From contig CAWEMM010000009.1 of NCBI GenBank assembly GCA_963810095.1, positions 416,001-480,000 on the forward strand: a stretch of DNA of 64,000 nt. Reading direction: 5' to 3'. Shown here piece after piece: positions 1-8,930 of the stretch. The notes under the pieces were generated by a model. That model was not told the DNA's origin. It ran no database searches and saw only the letters and a program-made list of their open reading frames with translations. The stretch's first letter is position 1, and each line of letters opens with the position of its first letter. This DNA comes from an uncultured Chloroflexia bacterium (GTDB taxonomy: Bacteria; Chloroflexota; Anaerolineae; CG2-30-64-16). Position numbers and translations under genes: made by a program.

Positions 1-697
1 CCGGCCCGGTAAACACCTCGCCGTCCGGCATGTTCTTGTCGCCTTCGCAGTTGACGAACGACCGGCCCTCGATGCCCACGGTGATGTCGGTGCCTTCGCC
101 CACCAGGTGGACTTCCTTCTTGCCCTTGAGATAGTCAATCAGCATCTGCTGCTTGCGGCCGACTTCCTGCCACGCTGCGACCGGGTCGGGCTGGTCGCAC
201 AGGCACGCGCCGTAGACGAAATCCTCGAAGTCGCTCAGCGACATCTCGGCGTCCTGGGCGTACGCGTCCGTCGGGAACATACACACGTTCCAGCGGAGCT
301 CGCCGGCCGCGCTGCGTTGCATGAAGGTCTGCATTAACTTGCCCAGGGCTGCGCCCCGCAGCGCCTGCTTCGCCGGGTCCACTGCAGAGAGTTCCCTGGT
401 GTTTACGGCGCTGGCGATGGAAACCCGAATGTCGAACGTCTCGACCGCCAACTTGTACGGCTCGGGAACCCACTGTAGCTGCTCATCCGAACCGGATTCG
501 TAGAGAATCGGGTCCATGCCGGGGAGCATGACGACGGGGAAGACATGGGCTCCGCACTTAAGAAACGCCCGGTACAACTCCTGGATCAAGGGTGCGGCGA
601 CGGGGCCGGCTTGAATGTATACCTTGTCGCCCTTTTTGGTCTGCACCGAGTACTCGGCAATGAGTCGGGCCAGCTTTGAAAGACGTGGGTCAGCCAT
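1..697 (-). CDS. Aminopeptidase, M29 (AmpS/AmpT) family; runs off the left edge
   Basis: Manual translation from ATG at 697: MADPRLSKLARLIAEYS...WNVCMFPTDAYAQDAEMSLSDFEDFVYGAC...GDKNMPDGEVFTGP. The NMPDGEVFTGP motif is typical of M29. Confidence 0.88.
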   Translation of the reverse strand, partial: MADPRLSKLARLIAEYSVQTKKGDKVYIQAGPVAAPLIQELYRAFLKCGAHVFPVVMLPGMDPILYESGSDEQLQWVPEPYKLAVETFDIRVSIASAVNTRELSAVDPAKQALRGAALGKLMQTFMQRSAAGELRWNVCMFPTDAYAQDAEMSLSDFEDFVYGACLCDQPDPVAAWQEVGRKQQMLIDYLKGKKEVHLVGEGTDITVGIEGRSFVNCEGDKNMPDGEVFTGP

Positions 698-715
698 GAC
701 GGATGAAATCCTTTC

Positions 716-1729
716 TCAGTTTACGGCGTTAGGAATGAAGGGCAGACCCCGGACGGTCGCCTTCACGGTTTGTTCTTCGAACACAACTTCGACCTGTGTG
801 CCGGGCTGTGCCAGCTCGCGCGGGACGACGGCAAGGGCAATGATCTTGGCCAAGGTGGGCGAGTAGGCCGCGCTGCCCACAAAGCCACCCCGCCCCGGGC
901 CGAGCACGCGCGCATTAAGAAACCTGGTTTCTGCACGAAGCCTGGTTTCCGCGTCCGCAAGCTCCAGCCCAACCAGGTTACGGGTGACCTTGTCGTAGTT
1001 GGTCTGGCGGGCGATGACCTCCTGGCCGGTGTAGCAGCCTTTTGTGAAGCTGATGGCCGGGAGCAGACCCGTCTCGAGCGGGGTGACCTGGTCGCTCAGC
1101 TCGCGCTCCCACAGCGGCAGGCCGGCCTCGATCCGAAGCACGTCGGCGGTCTCGCCGTCGAGCTGCGGCATGGTCGCCGCGAGGGCGTCGTGGACGAGTT
1201 GATAGTCCTCAGCCCGCGCCTCCAGCAACCAGCCGAAGGGCTGGAGCGGGCCGCCACGCTGCACCGAGACGGGTGCACCTTCGACCGTAGCAGTGCGCCA
1301 GCCGTAAGCGGGCAGCTCTGAAACATCGCCGGCCAGCGACGTCAGGACCGCGGGGGCTTCCGGTCCATAGAGGGCAAACTGGACGAAGCTCGCGCTCAGG
1401 TCGGCAACCTCCGCCTGGTCTTGCCAAAAGATCATGCTCTGCAGGTAACGCGCCACGCCGGGGCCCTGGCGCCGCATGGTGCGAACGAAAACCTCGTCCT
1501 GGCCCGCGCACACGATCAGGAAGGCCATCACTCGGCCCATCGCGTTTGCCAGCACCGTGGGCGCGCCCTCGCCCGGCTGAAGCTTCTTCACGTCGTTCGT
1601 CGAGATGCGGTGCAGCAGGTCCAGGCGGTCGCGGCCGGTCAGGCGGACCACGCCCAATTCGGCCGGTTCGGCGAACGCAGCCCGCTCGTGAGCCGCGTGA
1701 TAGGCGGCAAGCCGTTGTTCGTCAATCAT
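716..1729 (-). CDS. ygfZ: YgfZ/GcvT-family folate-binding protein
   Basis: KGCYTGQEVIAR signature motif and N-terminal LTGRDRLDLLHRISTND. Confidence 0.88.
   Translation of the reverse strand: MIDEQRLAAYHAAHERAAFAEPAELGVVRLTGRDRLDLLHRISTNDVKKLQPGEGAPTVLANAMGRVMAFLIVCAGQDEVFVRTMRRQGPGVARYLQSMIFWQDQAEVADLSASFVQFALYGPEAPAVLTSLAGDVSELPAYGWRTATVEGAPVSVQRGGPLQPFGWLLEARAEDYQLVHDALAATMPQLDGETADVLRIEAGLPLWERELSDQVTPLETGLLPAISFTKGCYTGQEVIARQTNYDKVTRNLVGLELADAETRLRAETRFLNARVLGPGRGGFVGSAAYSPTLAKIIALAVVPRELAQPGTQVEVVFEEQTVKATVRGLPFIPNAVN
918..949. repeat. AAACC(W)GGTTTC palindromic doublet inserted in-frame in ygfZ
   Basis: AGAAACCTGGTTTCT..GAAGCCTGGTTTC encodes AETRLRAETRFL; the same motif is intergenic at 16101, 19601 and 32044. 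Confidence 0.65.
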
Positions 1730-1885
1730 GGGGCGGAATTATAGCATTTGTGTCAAGCACGAGCCATCGGGCGCCGCGCCCGCGCATCACACAGCCGGAA
1801 TAGCCGGGTTCGCTGGCCCCGTTGCGCCCGCCGGCCTCATTGCACCGGCGCACTCTTACTGCTAGAATCGCTGTGGGGGCTTATC

Positions 1886-2548
1886 ATGAACGAGACGGTA
1901 GCGTGGCCGGGACCTGCCGATATCGAGTATCAGAGCGAGGCCCAGGCCGGCGGCTTCGGCCAAACCCTGGCAAGTTTCCTCAAGTTTCTGGACCTGCCCT
2001 TGGGCGGGGTTGTGCTTGACGTGGGCACCGGTCCGGGTCTGGCAGTGCGACTGCTCGCGGGCAGGATGCGTTTCGTGGTCGGCAGCGACCTATCGCCCAC
2101 CATGCTGGACCATCCGCGGGGGCTCTCGGCCGGTAGTGACCCGTTCGCCGGCGCCTGGGTGACGTCCGACGCGCTTCGCTTGCCCTTCGCCCGCGGCACG
2201 TTCGACGCGGTCCTCGCCACCAATCTGCTATTCCTCCTGTCCGATCCCGGGCAGGGCGTTGCCGAGTTAGCACGTGTCGTGCATCCCGGTGGAACGGTTG
2301 GCTGGTTGAATCCCTCTGCCGAACTGAACCGGGCCAGCGCGGCGGCGTTCGCCGACGAGCGAGGGCTCACCGGCTTCGGACGTTTTTCGCTCATCAATTA
2401 CGGCCGTATTGCCGAGCAGTACCACCGCCTGAGCGACGAACAGTGGGCCGCCAGCGCGGGCGAATGCGGCCTGGGCGATGTGCGGGTGGAGCGCCGGGGC
2501 GGAGGGCTGATGACGATTCTCAAGGGAAGGAAGCGCCAGGATGGCTGA
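1886..2548 (+). CDS. Class I SAM-dependent methyltransferase
   Basis: VLDVGTGPG motif I, DALRLPF, FDAV, ELARVVHPGG; ATG at 1886 chosen over the longer ORF start. Confidence 0.85.
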   Translation: MNETVAWPGPADIEYQSEAQAGGFGQTLASFLKFLDLPLGGVVLDVGTGPGLAVRLLAGRMRFVVGSDLSPTMLDHPRGLSAGSDPFAGAWVTSDALRLPFARGTFDAVLATNLLFLLSDPGQGVAELARVVHPGGTVGWLNPSAELNRASAAAFADERGLTGFGRFSLINYGRIAEQYHRLSDEQWAASAGECGLGDVRVERRGGGLMTILKGRKRQDG

Positions 2549-3893
2549 TCCACTTCTCTCGGGCAAGAAAGTGATCCTCGGGGTCACCGGCGGGATCGCG
2601 GCATACAAGGCCGCTGACCTGTGCAGCAAGCTGGTGCAGGCCGGGGCGCAGGTGGACGTGGTCCTGACCGACGCGGCGGCCCGCTTCATCGCGCCGCTGA
2701 CCTTCGCCGCGCTGAGCGGACGGGCAGCGCGGGTCGACATGTGGACCTCCCCGGGCGGCGAGCCGATTCCGCACGTCCAGATGGCGGCCGAGGCCGACTT
2801 GGTGATCGTCGCGCCGCTTAGCGCAAACACCCTGGCCAAGCTGGCGCTGGGCCTGGCGGACAACCTGCTCACGGCCACGCTCCTTGCGACGCCGGTGAGG
2901 TCGAGCGGGGGCGGTTTGGAACGCGCAGAGGGTTTGGAACGCGAAGGCGCGAGGGTGGATGAAGGGCCGAAGAGAGCGCGAAGCACGGAGCGCAAAGGGC
3001 GCGAAGCACGCGAAGCCGGCGTACCGTGGGTGCTGGCGCCGGCCATGGAATCGCACATGTGGAGCAACCCGGTGACGCAGGCTCACATGGCGGCGCTGGC
3101 CGCACGGGGCGCGGTGCAGGTCGGGCCGGGGGTCGGGCGGCTGGCCTCGGGTGCATCGGGCGCGGGGCGAATGGCCGAGCCGGCGGAAATCCTGGCCGCG
3201 GCGCGGCTGGCCTTGGCCGCGGGCGGTCCTCTGGCGGGGCGGCAAGTCGTCGTCACCGCCGGCGGCACGCAGGAGCCGCTCGACCCCGTGCGTTACATAA
3301 CGAACGCTTCGTCTGGCAAGATGGGGGTGGCGCTGGCCGAGGCGGCGCGCGATCTGGGCGCGCAGGTTGCCCTGGTGCACGCGCCCCTTGCCGTGCCCGT
3401 GCCGTTCGGCGTCGAGAGCGTGAAGGTGCGGACGGCGTTGGAAATGTGCGAAGCGGTGCTGGGCCGGCTGGGGCAGACCGACGTCCTGATTGGTGCGGCT
3501 GCCGTCGCGGATTTTCGCCCCGCCGAGCCGGCCAGTCAGAAGATCAAGAAGACGCCGGGTCAGGATGAGCTGACCGTGCGGCTGGTGCGGAATCCCGATA
3601 TCCTGGGGGAGGTGGCCCGACGGCGCGCCGGGGGCGACGGGCCGAAGGCAGTGATCGGCTTCGCAGCCGAGACCCAGGACCTCATCGAGAATGCCGCGGC
3701 GAAGCTGGCGGCAAAGAAGCTCGACATCATCGTTGCGAACGACGTGACCGAGGCGGGCAGCGGCTTCGGCGCCGACGATAACCGGGTGACGCTCCTGTAT
3801 GCGGGCGGGAGGCGCGAATCGTTGCCTATCATGTCCAAGGGCGACGTCGCCCGCCGGGTGCTCGAAGCGGTGTTGCCCTTGTTGGAGAAGTGA
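2541..3893 (+). CDS. coaBC: Bifunctional phosphopantothenoylcysteine decarboxylase/ligase, with an ~40-aa charged insertion
   Basis: GVTGGIAAYKA, APLSANTLAKLALGLADNLL, APAMES, VTAGGTQEPLDPVRYITNASSGKMG, GFAAET, IVANDV. Confidence 0.95.
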   Translation: MADPLLSGKKVILGVTGGIAAYKAADLCSKLVQAGAQVDVVLTDAAARFIAPLTFAALSGRAARVDMWTSPGGEPIPHVQMAAEADLVIVAPLSANTLAKLALGLADNLLTATLLATPVRSSGGGLERAEGLEREGARVDEGPKRARSTERKGREAREAGVPWVLAPAMESHMWSNPVTQAHMAALAARGAVQVGPGVGRLASGASGAGRMAEPAEILAAARLALAAGGPLAGRQVVVTAGGTQEPLDPVRYITNASSGKMGVALAEAARDLGAQVALVHAPLAVPVPFGVESVKVRTALEMCEAVLGRLGQTDVLIGAAAVADFRPAEPASQKIKKTPGQDELTVRLVRNPDILGEVARRRAGGDGPKAVIGFAAETQDLIENAAAKLAAKKLDIIVANDVTEAGSGFGADDNRVTLLYAGGRRESLPIMSKGDVARRVLEAVLPLLEK

Positions 3894-3905
3894 AGGAAGG
3901 TTCGC

Positions 3906-4103
3906 ATGGCACGTGTGAAGCCGGTCGAGTTGTTCGACCATTTCAACCCACAGATGCGAGCGGCGCTCGACGAGGCCATCGGCAAGGCCTTGCCCGACGC
4001 CGACCTGGACAAGCGAATGCTGTACCTGGAGTTCCGGTTGGCCCTGAACAAGAAGGTCAAGCAGTGGGAGAACGTGCCCAACTCGGCCGTGGATTCGGAC
4101 TAA
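3906..4103 (+). CDS. Small hypothetical protein (65 aa)
   Basis: AAGGAAGG RBS; directly follows coaBC; protein-like composition. Confidence 0.7.
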   Translation: MARVKPVELFDHFNPQMRAALDEAIGKALPDADLDKRMLYLEFRLALNKKVKQWENVPNSAVDSD

Positions 4104-4138
4104 GTGCAACCAAGGAGAAAGTGCGCGATGTCCCGGCG

Positions 4139-4251
4139 TCCTTCGACTGCGGCCCCTGACGGGGCCTCCGCTCAGGATGCCTGCGTGCGCTTACAAGGCG
4201 CATCCTGAGCGGAGCGAGCGCCAGCGCAGCTGGCGGAGCGAAGTCGAAGGA
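4139..4251. repeat. REP/REPIN-like nested inverted repeat
   Basis: TCCTTCGACT...CTCCGCTCAGGATGC / GCATCCTGAGCGGAG...AGTCGAAGGA. Confidence 0.65.
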
Positions 4252-4432
4252 GCGCCGGCATCCAGCAGTTTCACTTTGTTTGTACTTAAACGAGTCGCAG
4301 CGTGAAAATGTCCGCTGGGGCCGGTCTCTGACCGTGCCCCCTGGCTCGGGCGCCAGCTCCGCTGGCGTAGCAGACCGGCCAGAGCAATTTCGCCTGGCGC
4401 TTGGTTTGGGTCGTTTTGCGAAGGGGTGAGCT

Positions 4433-5305
4433 ATGTCCGACCAGCCGATGGCGGGGATTCGGGTCGTCTCGCTCGCGGTCAACCTGCCGGGCCCGTTGAC
4501 CGCAGCACGCTACGTGGAGCTCGGGGCACACGTCACGAAGATCGTGCCGCCCGGCGGCGACCCGCTGCAGTGGGTCAGCCCGGAGTGGCATGACAACCTG
4601 AAAGAGGACCAGGAAGTTCTGACGCTGGACCTCAAGTCGGAGGCGGGGCAGGCGCAGTTGGCCCAGCTTCTCTGCGACACCGACCTCTTGCTCACTGCGA
4701 CCCGGCCCGCAGCGCTGGCGCGGCTCGGGCTCGACTGGGATACGCTCCATGCGAACTACCCGAAGCTGTGCCAGGTGGCAATCGTCGGCTACGGCCCGCC
4801 CGACGAGAATCGAGCCGGACACGATCTGACCTACCAGGCGAGCGCGGGAATGCTCGAGTTGCCCGCTGGTTCGGGCGCACAGCCCGCGTTCCCGCGCATC
4901 CCACTGGCCGACTATGCCGGTTCGGAGCGGGCCGTCAGCGCGGCGCTGGCCCTACTTTGGGCCCGTGACCGGACCGGGGCGGGCGGCCTCGACGTGGTAT
5001 CGATGGTGGACGCGCTCCGACCCTACGCGCACGCGTTGTGTTACGGCTTGCTGGCGCCTGGCACGCTGCTCGGCGGCGCCTCGCCCCTGTACGGGCTCTA
5101 CCGCACGCGCGACGGCTGGGTTGCCCTGGCCGCGCTCGAGCCGCACTTTCGCGAACGCATCAAGGCCGGGCTTGGCATCGAGAGCCTGACAGGCGCGGCG
5201 CTGGGTGCCGCATTCGCCACCCGCACTTCGGCCGAATGGGACCAGTGGGCCAAGGCTCAGGATGTGCCGATGTCGGCAGTGTACGATCCGGTCTGCCCGA
5301 AATAG
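4433..5305 (+). CDS. CaiB/BaiF family III CoA-transferase (short form)
   Basis: LAVNLPGP, LDLKSEAG, RPAALARLGLD, AGHDLTYQA, catalytic Asp in PLADYAG, ALEPHF. Confidence 0.9.
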   Translation: MSDQPMAGIRVVSLAVNLPGPLTAARYVELGAHVTKIVPPGGDPLQWVSPEWHDNLKEDQEVLTLDLKSEAGQAQLAQLLCDTDLLLTATRPAALARLGLDWDTLHANYPKLCQVAIVGYGPPDENRAGHDLTYQASAGMLELPAGSGAQPAFPRIPLADYAGSERAVSAALALLWARDRTGAGGLDVVSMVDALRPYAHALCYGLLAPGTLLGGASPLYGLYRTRDGWVALAALEPHFRERIKAGLGIESLTGAALGAAFATRTSAEWDQWAKAQDVPMSAVYDPVCPK

Positions 5306-5343
5306 ACGTTCAAACTGCGTTGCGGGCCACGAGGCGTGAAATT

Positions 5344-5430
5344 GGACGCTGATTGAACGGATCCGAATGATTATCACGATCTTTTCCTGGGGGACAGAGC
5401 GGATCAGTTCAATCAGTTGCATCAGCGTCC
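5344..5430. repeat. 9-bp-periodic hairpin element, GGACGC(T/A)GAT family
   Basis: Termini GGACGCTGAT/ATCAGCGTCC; GAT every 9 nt on the left arm and ATC every 9 nt on the right arm; siblings at 24586 and 26152. Confidence 0.7.
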
Positions 5431-5504
5431 CGTTTCATCCATCGTTGCCCTGACAACGCGGGGGCGAACGTCCATTTCCGATCGGGTCAGGGGGAAGGCA
5501 AACG

Positions 5505-6506
5505 ATGAACTCAACCCTTACGGCTGTCCCCGGCATCAAGGTCGGTCATGCGGAGGACCGCGGCGGCATGACGGGCTGCACGGCCATCCTGTGCGAGGGC
5601 GGCGCGGTGGGCGGGGTCGACCAGCGCGGGGGTGCGCCCGGCACGCGTGAAACCGATCTGCTGCGGCCCATGCACCTGGTCACGCAAGTGCACGCGGTCG
5701 TGCTCGCCGGCGGCAGTGCGTTCGGCTTGGCCGCCGCGGACGGCGTCGTGCGTTACCTGCGCGAGCGCAACGTCGGGTACAAGACCGGCAAGATACGGGT
5801 TCCGATTGTGCCGGCCGCCATCTTGTTCGACCTGGGCATTGGCAGCGCGGACGTATTTCCCGATGCGGAGATGGGCTATCGGGCGGCGGTAGCCGCGACG
5901 GCGGCGCCGGTCGTGGAGGGGAATGCCGGAGCGGGCATGGGGTGCAGCGCGGGCAAGATCCTGGGGCCCGGACACGCGACCAAGACCGGCCTCGGCAGCG
6001 CAGCCGTGTCGCTCGGCGCCGGGCTGGTCGTCGCCGCTCTCATTGCCGTCAATCCGTTCGGCGACGTCGTGGACGAGCACGGTAACATCATCGCCGGCAC
6101 ACGGCGCAACGGAGCGTTCGTGAACACGCTCGACATGATGCGGTCTGTCACCGGGCGGTTGGCCCTGCGGGTAGGCGGCGCCACGGTGATCGGCGTGGTC
6201 GCAACCAACGCAAAACTGAACAAAGAACAGGCAAACAAGATGGCGCAGATGGCCCACGATGGACTGGGGCGCAGCATCCGCCCTGCACACACCATGTTCG
6301 ACGGCGACACCATCTTTAGCCTGGCGACGGGCCAGGTGCGGGCAAGCCCCACGCTGGTGGGCGCGTATGCCGCGGAAGTAGTGGCCGCAGCCATCGTCCG
6401 GGCCGCTCGCGCCGCCGAAGCCGCCGGCGGCCTGCCGGCCGGGGTTGCCGACGCGGCGCAGCGGATACGCGCCGAATCGTCCGAGGGCAATTTGCCCGCC
6501 AACTAA
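5505..6506 (+). CDS. P1/S58 (DmpA-like) peptidase
   Basis: RGGAPGTRETDLL, LAGGSAFGL, VPIVPAAILFDL, HTMFDGDTIF. Confidence 0.92.
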   Translation: MNSTLTAVPGIKVGHAEDRGGMTGCTAILCEGGAVGGVDQRGGAPGTRETDLLRPMHLVTQVHAVVLAGGSAFGLAAADGVVRYLRERNVGYKTGKIRVPIVPAAILFDLGIGSADVFPDAEMGYRAAVAATAAPVVEGNAGAGMGCSAGKILGPGHATKTGLGSAAVSLGAGLVVAALIAVNPFGDVVDEHGNIIAGTRRNGAFVNTLDMMRSVTGRLALRVGGATVIGVVATNAKLNKEQANKMAQMAHDGLGRSIRPAHTMFDGDTIFSLATGQVRASPTLVGAYAAEVVAAAIVRAARAAEAAGGLPAGVADAAQRIRAESSEGNLPAN

Positions 6507-6597
6507 CCCGTTCATCCGGTGCGGCAGAGCCGCCGGTCTTTGCATACGTTGGTTTAAATGCTAACATCGCCGCAGCACATCAGGCACGGGGAGCAGT

Positions 6598-7275
6598 ATG
6601 ACCGAGAAGATCTTGCTTGTCGACGACGAGCCGACGCTGCTGGCTACGCTGGCGCTGAACCTGCGCGCCAGCGGCTATGACGTCATCACGGCTCCCGACG
6701 GCGCAGCAGCCCTGGAAATTGCGAAGGCCGAAGCGCCCGACCTGATCGTGCTCGACCTGATGATGCCCGAACTGGATGGGCTGACCGTCTGTCGGACGCT
6801 GCGTCAGGTGTCAGATACCCCCATTCTTGTCCTCACCGCCCGCACAGGCGAGCTTGACAAGATCATTGGCCTCGAGAGCGGCGCAGACGACTACATGACG
6901 AAGCCCTTCAGCCTGGGCGAACTCCAGGCGCGCCTGCGCGCACTGCTGCGTCGCGCAGGACCCCGGCGCACGAGCGACGAAATCAGGTCCGAAGACCTCA
7001 TGCTGAACCTCGTCAGCCGCCGTGCCTTTTTGGGCGATAAGGAACTGGTGCTCAGCCCCAAGGAATTCAGTCTCCTGGCCGAGTTGATGCGCCATCAGGG
7101 CGCTGTTCTCTCGCGCGATTTGTTGTTGACCCGGGTGTGGGGATATGACTTTTACGGGGACAGCCGGACCGTGGATGTCCATGTGCGGTGGCTGCGTGAG
7201 AAGATCGAAGACAACCCCTCCCAGCCGAGCCGGATAACGACGGTGCGCGGCATCGGCTATCGCTTCGAAGGCTGA
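6598..7275 (+). CDS. OmpR/PhoB-family response regulator (likely phosphate regulon)
   Basis: REC domain (VDDE, LDLMMP, GADDYMTKPF) plus winged helix (RTVDVHVRWLREKIE); located upstream of phoU-pst. Confidence 0.92.
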   Translation: MTEKILLVDDEPTLLATLALNLRASGYDVITAPDGAAALEIAKAEAPDLIVLDLMMPELDGLTVCRTLRQVSDTPILVLTARTGELDKIIGLESGADDYMTKPFSLGELQARLRALLRRAGPRRTSDEIRSEDLMLNLVSRRAFLGDKELVLSPKEFSLLAELMRHQGAVLSRDLLLTRVWGYDFYGDSRTVDVHVRWLREKIEDNPSQPSRITTVRGIGYRFEG

Positions 7276-7281
7276 CCCGGC

Positions 7282-8460
7282 GTGACGAGCCTGGACCTCG
7301 CGTTTTTGCTTGCCCTGGTGGCGCTGACCGGCGTGATCGTCGCGCTGGGCGTCGACTTGCGCCGGGCCCGGCAGCAGGGGCTCGCGGCGTACGCCGCTCG
7401 TGCTGAGGCTGTCGCCGTGCGCGGCGCACTCGAGGCGCGCCTGCAGCGCGGCCAGGAACACCTCGATGCCCTGGGCGAATCGACCTCCGACGCGCTGGTG
7501 CTCCTCGACGACAACCGGCAGGTGGTGTGGGCTAACCAGGCCACTTGGGATCTGTTCAGCGGCGGCCAGCCCTCCATCGGGCAGCCCTTCATTGCGCTGA
7601 TCCGTGACTTCGAGCTTAACCAAGCCTTGACCGACGCATTGGCCGGGCACCGGGCGATGATGCGGCAGGCCGGGGTGGGCGAACGCACCCTCCGGATTTG
7701 GGTTACGCCGGTGCAGATCGTCCAGGGCAGCACAGTCGATGGGGCCGCAGTGGGCATCGAGGATGTGACCGAGCTCCAGCGGCTGGGACGTGCGCGGCGC
7801 GATTTCGTCGCCAACCTCTCCCACGAAATCCGCACACCACTTTCGAACATTGACCTCGCCGCTCAGACGCTGCGAAGTGCTGGCGAACGCGACGCGGAGC
7901 TGACCCGCCGCATGCTGGATCAGATACAGGTGCAGGTGCAAATTCTCAGTCAACTGAGCCAGGAGATGATGGAACTGGCGCAGATCGAGTCGGGCCAGGT
8001 GCTGCTCAAGCTGGAAAGCGCGGAGCTCGAGCCCATGGTGCGCCGTGTCGTCACCAACCTCATGCCACAGGCTGAGATGAAGCAGCAGCAGCTGGCGGTC
8101 CTCGTGCCGGCCGGCCTGACCGCGCTCATCGACGAGGCGGCGATCGGCCGTGTGATCAACAACCTGGTCCACAATGCGATCAAGTTCACGCCCGTCGGTG
8201 GCATCGTCACCGTGACTGCCGAGGCGAGCGGCGAAGACGTCCAGATATCCGTCGCCGACAACGGCCCAGGGATACCCAAGGAAGACCAGTCCCGCGTCTT
8301 CGAGCGGTTCTACAAAGCGGATCGTGCGCGCAGCCGGGGCGGCACGGGGTTGGGCCTGGCGATCGCCCGGCACATCGTTGAAGGACACGGCGGGCAGATA
8401 TGGGTTGCGAGCACGCCCGGCAAGGGCGCGACCTTTTGCTTCACCGTGCCCAGGGCTTAA
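7282..8460 (+). CDS. PhoR-like sensor histidine kinase (TM-PAS-HisKA-HATPase)
   Basis: DFVANLSHEIRTPL, NLVHNAIKFT, DNGPGI, FERFYKADRARSRGGTGLGLAI. Confidence 0.92.
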   Translation: MTSLDLAFLLALVALTGVIVALGVDLRRARQQGLAAYAARAEAVAVRGALEARLQRGQEHLDALGESTSDALVLLDDNRQVVWANQATWDLFSGGQPSIGQPFIALIRDFELNQALTDALAGHRAMMRQAGVGERTLRIWVTPVQIVQGSTVDGAAVGIEDVTELQRLGRARRDFVANLSHEIRTPLSNIDLAAQTLRSAGERDAELTRRMLDQIQVQVQILSQLSQEMMELAQIESGQVLLKLESAELEPMVRRVVTNLMPQAEMKQQQLAVLVPAGLTALIDEAAIGRVINNLVHNAIKFTPVGGIVTVTAEASGEDVQISVADNGPGIPKEDQSRVFERFYKADRARSRGGTGLGLAIARHIVEGHGGQIWVASTPGKGATFCFTVPRA

Positions 8461-8505
8461 GCACAACCGCAGGAAAATCACCAGCGGATGCCTGATAGAC
8501 GGTTT

Positions 8506-8818
8506 GGCGGGGGCGCTCTTGCCCCCGCCGCCCCCGACCAGGGGCTGCGCCCCTTGGAACCCCAAAGGTAACGCTGTGGGTACTCGTTCGCCCGGCCAAG
8601 TCACTGTGCGGGGGATGAGGCAGGGGCGGCAGGAACCATGCGTGTATTTCACTGTCCTTGAGTAAGCAGTAGGCATGGCCGCGCCCGGCACTGCCAGGGG
8701 GCCAACAGTCGAGAGCCAGCCCGCCCGCCGGGAGCGTTGCCATTGGGGGTTTCGGGGGCATCGCCCCCGAAGCGGGAGCCGCGGCAGCCGGGCGGCGGGG
8801 GCCAGCCGGCCCTCGCCA
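8506..8818. repeat. Structured GC-rich intergenic element with imperfect inverted ends (MITE/REP-like)
   Basis: Left: GGCGGGGGC..GCCCCCGCCGCCC..AGGGGCTGCGCCCCTTGGAACCCC. Right: GGGGTTTCGGGGGCATCGCCCCCGAA..GGGCGGCGGGGGC..GCCCTCGCC. Confidence 0.45.
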
Positions 8819-8930
8819 AGGAGCCTGACCTACCTTTGCGGCGCACGAACTGCGGCCAGGATCGCTGTCCTCCTTTCGCTCTTCCTGTTATCATTCCGCG
8901 AATGGATGGCTGAGTACAGGAGGGCAGACC

